From: Candidatus Poribacteria bacterium
GTDB lineage: Bacteria > Poribacteria > WGA-4E > WGA-3G
Assembly: GCA_022819945.1 (NCBI GenBank)
Contig: JAJEGI010000108.1
Location: 72,880-136,879 of the forward strand
Length of the DNA: 64,000 nt
Reading direction: 5' to 3'
Shown one piece after another: positions 28,902 to 35,831 of the stretch. The notes beneath the pieces are model-generated. The model searched no databases and had not been told where the DNA came from. It worked only from the letters and a program-made list of their open reading frames with translations. The position numbers were made by a program, and so were the translations under genes. Each line of letters opens with the position of its first letter. Positions within the stretch are counted from its first letter, which is position 1.

Positions 28902-31900
28902 ATGCAATCCGTAAAGGACATTATCCAACAGTGCCATGACCAGCGACGAAGAGATCTGCAGCAGCGCGAGACGATTGTCTCACCCACATTGCACGGTGAG
29001 TACCCTTACCATTATATTGTTTATTGTGCGCGTCAGCACCCGTTGCTTTTACATGACCTCGAACAGGCAAATATTTCGTTTATGCCGATTGGACAGGCAC
29101 CCTTCGATCGGGGGCCAGCGTATTGTGGCGGCACGCGGCTCTTAAGACGACAAGGCACACTCAACTGGGAACCGAGACGATGGTTCTCGTCGTGGGGGAT
29201 TCAGGTCTATACAGGAACGCCATCCGCGCGTGACGGGGCGAACTGGCACGACATTGAGTTCACCTATCAGGCGATCCGAGACGCACCCGATGCCGTCGTT
29301 ACATGTGTAGACGCGCTCGTCAACGCTGTTATGAACCCACTCCTCACCTTACGCAAAGATGGAGGCTTGCGCTTTTCGTGTCGAGTCCCGGACTATCTTC
29401 ACTCAAACACAACGGATGCAAGGCAGTACGTTTATAAGTACCTACCCGATATAGACCACCGCGATCGTGAGATCTACGTTGAGATTGTTGGTGGTAAAGG
29501 CTACACGCGCTGGGACGCTCGCTACGAGATTCTTACAGGCAGTCTTTTAGCCCCGCCTATCATTTCTAAAGACGTGCTTTTCGCGTTTCTCGATGTTTTG
29601 CGAGAACTCCAGCATGAACCCGCTCCGGCATCGGAATTAGACCTAATAGATGAAGAACTTGTGGATACACAGGATTTCGACGATTTCGATGTCATAGAAT
29701 CGTTAGAAACAGAACAAGTTGTGAATGAAAGTCTCCTTGCAGTACGACGCGGGGAACTTTCTCCGATTGGAATCAAACGACCCAGACCGCTCCTTGAAAA
29801 AGTGAAACACACTGCTGTGGAAGATCAGAGGAACCTCTCTGAACGCGAAGCCCGTATTCTTGGGATTATCACGGGTTTAATGAGCACTGAAAAGAAACGT
29901 GAAATCGAAGCCACGTTTCTCAATACCGAACCTATATGGATCAACGCGAATACCGCACACGATGCTGAAAACGTAGAACAGTATTATGAAGAACTGGGTG
30001 TTTCAGTAGGACGTTGGAAACCGAGAAACTATCGCTGGGAACAGGCGGAGTGGATACCTATTGCTGAACGGATGAAGAATCCTTTCGCGCGGGGAAACGT
30101 CTGCGAAGATGCCAAGAGATGTGATGCCTTAGCGCAGAAAGGCGGTGATCCGAATAAAAGTATCTGCCCAAGTTGTCCGGTTTATAATGCGTGTCAGGCG
30201 CGCGGGTATCTTTCTCAATTTGAGACACTCAAGGAAAAGCAGGTCATTGTGTCCGATATTCCAAACCTCTTTCTCGATCAGCGGTACGCGGCACTGGTTG
30301 AGCGGTTGATTATGCCCGGTCGAATCTGTATTATAAACGATTCCGAATCCCAACTCACGAAACTCTTTTCAGAGCATCATCTGTCAACCGAAATTCTTGA
30401 AGGCTGGCTCATTAATTGGAGCAGTGCAGCCTTGGGTCAATTCGCGAAAACACTGCTGAACGCTATTCGGATCACAGACAGTCAACATGGCGATATTGCC
30501 AAGCGGGTTCGCACTGTTGTTCAGGCGTTTGAAAAGTTAGCAGATAGCATTGTTCAGCAGATGTCTCAGGTAAATTGTACAGATAAAGAGGGACACCAGA
30601 TTGCAATAGATACTGATAGTGCAATCCTGCTTGGGGCCTTGGACATATCGACCTCAGAAAACATAGAGAAACTTCCAAATGTGTATCGCGACTCGGAATG
30701 GACGTTATGGCATCAGCTGAAGACATTTTTTGCCTATTACACCCGCGATATGGATGCACCGATGTTTGTCGATGACGGGATTTTGCGGTTCTGGTTACCG
30801 CCAAGAATTCATCAAGAGATTCAGCACCTTGTATTCATATCACCAGCGTTCTCGGAAGATAGTTTTAAAAAAGTGTTTCCTGAAGAAACTGTTTCGGTGA
30901 GATGGGTTGAATCGCAGGAAACATCACTTTCAGGGAATAAGGTTTTTCAACTACGGAGCGCACCACATATCTCCTATGCAATCGCAAACTACGAGGTTAA
31001 GTGGGATGTGTTTAGCCTTTCTGAAATTGCAAGTCGCTTTTTTCGCGGTATCTATCAAGAAATGAAACAACACCCAGATCGCAATCATGTCGTTATCTCA
31101 AGCACAACCACGAGATTGATGTTGAAAAATGTTTTCGATAGGATTATCAGCTACCACGATCTTATCAAAGACGCACCAGCACATCCTGAGGACTTGCGAT
31201 CTACTTTTGAAGCCGCCGATCTTTACTACGACCGCATCAATGTTCTACAATCCATTTTTAAGGCTGCTGATGTTGTCTGGATCGTTGGTACGCCTTATTG
31301 GCCCCCAAAATTCATCTGGGAACAAGCGAAAATCCTGTTTGGAAATCAAGTGGAACCGCTAAATTATAACTTGACAATGAATCCCTATCAATTTGAAGAT
31401 GAACGGATACAGGCACTTTACGAACAGAATGCTATCGGGGCACTGACACAGATCGTCCGTATCGCTGGATTCAATGAATCATCAGGCAAAGTACTGGTTC
31501 TTAACACGGCTTTGCGGGTCCCCTCAGTCACCGATGCACCAGAGATAGAATTGTTTGATTGGGAAGACTTTGAGCTCGCTGGCGGATTGGATGAACTTTC
31601 AGAGACAATTCGGATACGTGAGGAATACGAGACAGAACAAGCGAACATGGACGCCTCGTGGAGCCGAAAACGCGTTGAATATTTGCTCGGTGTTTCTAAA
31701 GCACAAGCGAACCGTATCTTGATGAGGTTGAGGGGCGGTAAACTTGAGCGGATCCCATTTCATGTGCAGATTTTAGAGATGCTCTCGGATGGACAGAAAA
31801 CAACATCTGAAATTGTTGAAGCAATTGAGGGGAATCCGGGTGCCATTAAAAACGAACTCACCTATCTTGTAGAATCGGGTGAGATTGTGAGGATCCGGCG

Positions 31901-31922
31901 CGGGGTCTATGCACTCGCATAG
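28902..31922 (+). CDS. Large orphan protein: AEP primase-polymerase-like N-domain, C-x2-C-x5-C cluster, C-terminal winged helix
   Basis: Uninterrupted 1006-aa ORF. WGIQVYTG...WHDIEF / RKDGGLRFSCRVP / VEIVGGKGYTRWDARYEIL resemble AEP motifs I-III. CEDAKRC-x15-CPSCPVYNAC. The C-terminal ILEMLSDGQKTTSEIVEAIEGNPGAIKNELTYLVESGEIVRIRRGVYAL is wHTH-like. No Walker A motif was seen. Confidence 0.7.
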   Translation: MQSVKDIIQQCHDQRRRDLQQRETIVSPTLHGEYPYHYIVYCARQHPLLLHDLEQANISFMPIGQAPFDRGPAYCGGTRLLRRQGTLNWEPRRWFSSWGIQVYTGTPSARDGANWHDIEFTYQAIRDAPDAVVTCVDALVNAVMNPLLTLRKDGGLRFSCRVPDYLHSNTTDARQYVYKYLPDIDHRDREIYVEIVGGKGYTRWDARYEILTGSLLAPPIISKDVLFAFLDVLRELQHEPAPASELDLIDEELVDTQDFDDFDVIESLETEQVVNESLLAVRRGELSPIGIKRPRPLLEKVKHTAVEDQRNLSEREARILGIITGLMSTEKKREIEATFLNTEPIWINANTAHDAENVEQYYEELGVSVGRWKPRNYRWEQAEWIPIAERMKNPFARGNVCEDAKRCDALAQKGGDPNKSICPSCPVYNACQARGYLSQFETLKEKQVIVSDIPNLFLDQRYAALVERLIMPGRICIINDSESQLTKLFSEHHLSTEILEGWLINWSSAALGQFAKTLLNAIRITDSQHGDIAKRVRTVVQAFEKLADSIVQQMSQVNCTDKEGHQIAIDTDSAILLGALDISTSENIEKLPNVYRDSEWTLWHQLKTFFAYYTRDMDAPMFVDDGILRFWLPPRIHQEIQHLVFISPAFSEDSFKKVFPEETVSVRWVESQETSLSGNKVFQLRSAPHISYAIANYEVKWDVFSLSEIASRFFRGIYQEMKQHPDRNHVVISSTTTRLMLKNVFDRIISYHDLIKDAPAHPEDLRSTFEAADLYYDRINVLQSIFKAADVVWIVGTPYWPPKFIWEQAKILFGNQVEPLNYNLTMNPYQFEDERIQALYEQNAIGALTQIVRIAGFNESSGKVLVLNTALRVPSVTDAPEIELFDWEDFELAGGLDELSETIRIREEYETEQANMDASWSRKRVEYLLGVSKAQANRILMRLRGGKLERIPFHVQILEMLSDGQKTTSEIVEAIEGNPGAIKNELTYLVESGEIVRIRRGVYALA

Positions 31923-32020
31923 GCAGAATCTGCTTTTTACTTTTCACAGCACATTTTTCGCGCAAAAATTCATCAAAAATAACATTTTTTGCAATTTTTT
32001 TACAAAAATTGAATTTTTTC

Positions 32021-32049
32021 TTGCAAAATAGAATTATTTCATGTATAAT
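32021..32049 (+). promoter_or_regulatory. Sigma70-type promoter TTGCAA-17 nt-TATAAT
   Basis: Read directly from the sequence. The predicted start, about 32056, is 3 nt before the first hairpin module. Confidence 0.5.
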
Positions 32050-32058
32050 TTATTTAAC

Positions 32059-32172
32059 ATGACTGAAATCAATCAATTATTCACAAGCCATTATGATTTA
32101 AGTCATATAGAATTCAAAAACTGAAATCTATTCATATATCATACATCATGATTTCAGTTATACAGAATTCAA
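32059..32172 (+). repeat. Two tandem hairpin modules (ACTGAAATC arm - about 20-nt loop - GATTT(C/A)AGT arm - ATA(T/C)AGAATTCAA tail)
   Basis: Module 1: 32059-32071 pairs with 32094-32106 (13 bp, 1 mismatch). Module 2: 32119-32128 pairs with 32150-32159 (10 bp). Both are followed by ATAYAGAATTCAA. Confidence 0.65.
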
Positions 32173-32412
32173 GCGGAGATCTTGGCGAGCAGCAAAAAGG
32201 AAACTCCAGAAGCGCATCCTCTCTGTTGCTCGCTAACTCCTCTTTAAACCACCCCGGTGAATATGTTCTCACCTCCTACAGATTGGAATATTTGTTGAAC
32301 CCACACTACATTAAACTAAAGTTGGGACAATTTGTGTTGCGTTTTCAAGAAACCGTGTATTTCTCCACCATTTTCGCACAATCCCTTGCGACTCTAATGA
32401 TTCGGGAAACCT

Positions 32413-32441
32413 TTGACAAGCACTCTCAGCAATGTTATAAT
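32413..32441 (+). promoter_or_regulatory. Perfect extended sigma70 promoter TTGACA-17 nt-(TGT)TATAAT
   Basis: Read directly from the sequence. It faces the KTSC remnant and the DUF433/DUF5615 pair. Confidence 0.6.
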
Positions 32442-32550
32442 TGTGAACAAGAACATACCCGTGTTTGTATTTTTTCTTAGACGAGGTCCGGGGCCTCTGA
32501 CCTTCAAACCACCTATGAGATAACATATAAATTCACAGCGGAGGAAAAAC

Positions 32551-32640
32551 GTGAAACGTTATGGAAACCGTCACGGAAACTCAGGCATTGCTGCCTATGA
32601 AGAAGGCTCTGATTTCATCAGACTCCGGTTCACGATTTGA
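32551..32640 (+). pseudogene. KTSC-domain remnant (30 codons)
   Basis: GGAGG SD and GTG start. The product VKRYGNRHGNSGIAAYEEGSDFIRLRFTI resembles only the first half of a KTSC domain. Confidence 0.3.
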
Positions 32641-32665
32641 TTAACCCAAAAAGGAGATACAGGCA

Positions 32666-32878
32666 ATGGATAGAATAACTTTTAATTCAGAGCAGTGCGG
32701 TGGACGTCCGTGCATTCGAGGGATGCGGATTCGGGTAACAGATGTCTTAGATTTGCTGGCAGCTGGGCTCTCTTTTCAAGAAATTCTTGACGAAATGCCA
32801 CTGTTGGAATACGAAGACATTGTCGCTTGTCTCCAATTTGCCTCACAAAAAATTAACCATCCTGTAATTGCCGCATGA
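32666..32878 (+). CDS. DUF433 antitoxin-like protein
   Basis: CGGRPCIRGMRIRVTDVLDLLAAGLSFQEILDEMPLLEYEDIVACLQFA is the DUF433 signature. Its stop overlaps the next start (ATGA). Confidence 0.85.
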   Translation: MDRITFNSEQCGGRPCIRGMRIRVTDVLDLLAAGLSFQEILDEMPLLEYEDIVACLQFASQKINHPVIAA

Positions 32879-33216
32879 AGTTTTGGATTGATGTGCAACT
32901 TTCTCCGGCACTTGCCCCTTGGCTCAATGCAACTTTCGGAGTACAAGCTTTTTCACTTGAGTGGCTTGGCCTCCAACAGGCTAGCGATAAAAGAATCTTC
33001 TCCGCCGCTCGCGAGGCAAATGCAGTTGTCATAACTAAAGATCAAGACTTTGTTCACCTGTTAAATCAGCTAGGTCCCCCACCACAAGTCGTCTGGATAA
33101 CTTGTGGCAATACATCAAATGCGGAAATGCGTAAGATCCTCCAACAAAATTTCCCAGAAGTCTTTCTACTCTTACAATCCGGTCAACTACCCAAGTCTAA
33201 AGACTTGGGCTTGTGA
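32875..33216 (+). CDS. DUF5615 (PIN-like) toxin-like protein
   Basis: MKFWIDVQLSP...ASDKRIFSAAREANAVVITKDQDF...VVWITCGNTS is typical of DUF5615 partners of DUF433. The last 8 codons fall inside the hairpin at 33190-33212. Confidence 0.8.
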   Translation: MKFWIDVQLSPALAPWLNATFGVQAFSLEWLGLQQASDKRIFSAAREANAVVITKDQDFVHLLNQLGPPPQVVWITCGNTSNAEMRKILQQNFPEVFLLLQSGQLPKSKDLGL

Positions 33217-33383
33217 ACATCCGTAGCCACACGGGGACCCACAAGTTAAACAGTTTTCTACAGTCATATATCGCGGTATCTGTGTGTGGCAACACGAACA
33301 ATGTTTCGGATGCTCCCCAAGTCTGATTCACTTTGGATACTGTGATCTGGATGGGGCAATATATACCCGAAAGGGGTTTACGC
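33213..33383 (+). ncRNA. Candidate omega-RNA scaffold region upstream of isrB
   Basis: Positional inference only: IscB/IsrB guide RNAs are encoded immediately 5' of the ORF. Local stems are visible (CTTGTG...CACAAG at 33210-33245). No covariance model was run. Confidence 0.3.
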
Positions 33384-34415
33384 ATGTTAGTGGTAGTCGT
33401 AGACGAGAATCAACACCCTCTAATGCCTACAAAGCCTTCAAGGGCAAGGCGTTGGATACAATCCGGTAAAGCCACGCCTTTTTGGAAGAATGGTATCTTC
33501 TGCGTCCGCCTAAACGTTGACCCTTCAGATACCGAACTCCAAGAGATCGTCGTCGGTGTAGACCCCGGCAGTAAGAAAGAGGGCTTTACTGTGAAGTCGG
33601 CATCTCACACCTATCTCAACGTTCAGGCAGATGCCCACAACAAAGTCGGTAAGAAGGTTGAAAAGAGACGAGACCTTCGCAGAGGCAGACGTTCACGGAA
33701 GTGTCCGAATCGAAAGAACAGGACGAACCGTCTTGCGAATAAAGACCGTATCCCCGCAGGCACGCGCGCAAGGTGGGATTGGAAACTCCGTATTCTTGAT
33801 TGGTTGTCGAAACTCTATCCGATCACACACGTCTGTGTTGAAGATATTAAGGCACGGACGATAGAACGTGCGAAGCAGTGGAATCAGTCGTTTAGTCCAC
33901 TTGAAGTCGGTAAGCAATGGTTCTATGGTGAAATACAGAAGCGTTGGCACTTGCTAACCCTTCAAGGGTGGGAAACCCAAGAGATACGCGATAGATTAGG
34001 TCTCAAGAAGTCGTCAAAGAAACTATCAGAGACTTTTGACGCACATTGCGTAGATTCTTGGTGTTTAGCGTATCATAGTGTTGGCGGTGATAGCACACCT
34101 GAGAACACGGCTATATTCTGTATAGCCCCGATACGGATAAAACGCAGAGAACTGCACAGACAGCAAGAATCAAAAGGTCGGAAGCGTTCACGACAAGGCG
34201 GAACGGTATTAGGCAAAGGGTTGGTCAAAAACACATTGGTCCGACACATTAAATACGGACTTACCCGACTTGCTGGTGTTAATGCAAAAGGTTTGTTTTC
34301 CATATACAACTTAGAAGGCAACAAACGCTTAACAACAGGCGCAAAGCAGTCTGATTTCAGAGTGCTAACACGCCTTAACTTTAACTACAGGAGCGGGCAT
34401 TCCTCCCAAACTTAA
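33384..34415 (+). CDS. isrB: IsrB-like RuvC nuclease (IscB family lacking HNH)
   Basis: PLMP motif (ENQHPLMPTKPSRARRW), RuvC-I VGVDPGSKKEGF, Arg-rich bridge helix KRRDLRRGRRSRKCPNRKNR, RuvC-II HVCVEDIK and RuvC-III FDAHCVDSWCLA. Only about 65 aa with no HNH signature lie between RuvC-II and RuvC-III. Start at MLVVVVDE, preceded by GAAAGGGG. Confidence 0.8.
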   Translation: MLVVVVDENQHPLMPTKPSRARRWIQSGKATPFWKNGIFCVRLNVDPSDTELQEIVVGVDPGSKKEGFTVKSASHTYLNVQADAHNKVGKKVEKRRDLRRGRRSRKCPNRKNRTNRLANKDRIPAGTRARWDWKLRILDWLSKLYPITHVCVEDIKARTIERAKQWNQSFSPLEVGKQWFYGEIQKRWHLLTLQGWETQEIRDRLGLKKSSKKLSETFDAHCVDSWCLAYHSVGGDSTPENTAIFCIAPIRIKRRELHRQQESKGRKRSRQGGTVLGKGLVKNTLVRHIKYGLTRLAGVNAKGLFSIYNLEGNKRLTTGAKQSDFRVLTRLNFNYRSGHSSQT

Positions 34416-34478
34416 AAGTTTGGGCTTCCTGCCCGAAGATTAGGTGAATCTTTGATAGAAATTACTGCTACCTCGTAA

Positions 34479-34742
34479 ATCAAAGGACTAACCGGGCGAC
34501 AAGTTTGGTACCGTTTCAGTGATCGACAGATTCGCAATGAAAGACATTACTACACAACCCTGAACTATATCCATTACAATCCGACAAAACATAATTACGT
34601 GCAAAAACCAAAAGATTGGACCTGTTCAAGTCTACATTGGTATGAAAAGCACTTCGGGATTGAATGGCTGCGAGACCTTTGGCGAACACATCCTGTACGG
34701 GATTATGGAAAGGGATGGGATTGGCAAGGTTCAGGTTCGTAG
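34479..34742 (+). pseudogene. C-terminal remnant of an IS200/RAYT-type Y1 (HUH) transposase
   Basis: The open frame lacks a start codon: GRQVWYRFSDRQIRNERHYYTTLNYIHYNPTKHNYVQKPKDWTCSSLHWY. It contains the Y..YIH.NP tyrosine region, but the HUH half is absent. Confidence 0.65.
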
Positions 34743-34818
34743 TAAGGCGATAAACAGGCCTACTATAAGCGTAGAGTTACACCATTTCTGAATAACCGGT
34801 TCTCCTTAACGGAAAACT

Positions 34819-34898
34819 GGCTCGTAGTAGCGCAATTCATTGCGCTTCTTTGATTACGCCTCAAGAGCACCGGTTCGTAGTAGCGCAATTCATTGCGC
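34819..34898. repeat. Two REP-like copies GGYTCGTAGTAGCGCAATTCATTGCGC (34819-34845, 34872-34898)
   Basis: Direct repeats, each containing the palindrome GCGCAAT-TC-ATTGCGC. A partial third copy (GGTTCGTAGTAAGGCG) lies at 34734-34749, overlapping the transposase remnant stop. Confidence 0.75.
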
Positions 34899-35053
34899 CT
34901 CTTTTACATGCGAACCTACTTTTCAGATTTAGTATTATTTATGTCCCTCAATCACGTTACATTAAGGTCAGCAAACTTCACCACTCTACAAGATCAAAGA
35001 ATCGGAGATTAAACTTATAACCCCACTGCTAAACGACAGAAAGGAAAACAACA

Positions 35054-35542
35054 ATGAGACAGAAGAAAAAATCGTTAACGTGCTTCGCTTTTTTGGGATT
35101 CCTCTTATTCTGTGTAGTAACTGCGACAACTGCACAGACCCCTCAACAAATCGCCCAAAAAGCCTTCCGTTCTACGGTGCTGCTCGTCATGGAAGATGCC
35201 AACGGTCAACCACTTTCATTGGGTAGTGGATTTTTCGTCAAAGATGACCAGATTGCGACGAATCTCCATGTTGTAGAAGGTGCCGCAAGAGGCTATGCAA
35301 AATTGGTCGGCAAAGAGACAAAGTTCAATATTGAAGGCTACACCGCCATTGACGAGAAACGCGATCTGATAATCTTAAAGGTTGCAGCTTTTGGCACACA
35401 GGCTATTTCGCTTGGTAACAGCGATTTTGCACAAGTTGGAGAAACGGTTTACGCTGTCGGCAATCCACGCGGATTAGGGGTAAGCGGCGGGAAGTTCACA
35501 TGGGTATACGATTACTTAGGTTATAACCCAAGTTGCTACTAA
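35054..35542 (+). pseudogene. Truncated trypsin-like (S1C/Trypsin_2) serine protease
   Basis: Signal peptide, His region (IATNLHVVEG) and Asp region (DLIILKV). The ORF ends just after GNPRGL, before the GxSGG catalytic-serine motif, and no continuation is seen in other frames. Confidence 0.6.
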
Positions 35543-35583
35543 CAGATTTTGGAAGGTTCGATGAGGTCCTCAGTCCACTTTCC

Positions 35584-35650
35584 TCACCCCAGAGGGGTGA
35601 TATATCTATAGAAAACAGTGTATTTAACCTCTTGCACTCCAGCGGAGTGC
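35584..35650. repeat. Pair of similar 7-bp hairpins TCACCCC-AGA-GGGGTGA-TAT and GCACTCC-AGC-GGAGTGC-TAT
   Basis: Read directly at 35584-35600 and 35634-35650. They have the same geometry and the same 3' TAT(A/G)T tail. Confidence 0.5.
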
Positions 35651-35764
35651 TATGTGTATAAATAGGTGGCAACTTGCGTTAGGATAATGTAAATATGTGT
35701 CTTGTAAAATTACCAATAATCGTTTATTCTGAATTACCACATTAGTTTTACACTGTAAAAACCC

Positions 35765-35793
35765 TTGACATCCTTTCCAAAACTACATACAAT
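35765..35793 (+). promoter_or_regulatory. Sigma70-type promoter TTGACA-17 nt-TACAAT
   Basis: Read directly from the sequence, 39 nt upstream of the ATG at 35832. Confidence 0.5.
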
Positions 35794-35831
35794 AAAACCT
35801 CAATACAATATATCGTATACGGAGGTTTCTC

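Larger units (their letters stand above)
33190..34427 (+). mobile_element. IsrB-type (HNH-less IscB) OMEGA element, minimal extent defined by two matched hairpins
   Basis: An IsrB-like ORF and an ORF-free leader are bracketed by CCCAAGTCTAAAGACTTGGGCTT (33190-33212) and CCCAAACTTAAAAGTTTGGGCTT (34405-34427). A Y1-transposase remnant lies just downstream. The true element ends are not established. Confidence 0.55.

Noticed and set aside
32059-32172. CRISPR-like array
   Set aside because: There are only two units. The units are themselves hairpins with a shared tail rather than repeat-spacer-repeat, and there are no cas genes. No CRISPR array is present anywhere in the window.
32148-32480. 110-aa plus-strand ORF in the AT-rich tract
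   Set aside because: No ribosome-binding site. The ATG lies inside a hairpin arm. The composition is not protein-like and no family resemblance was seen. Treated as non-coding or possible ncRNA.
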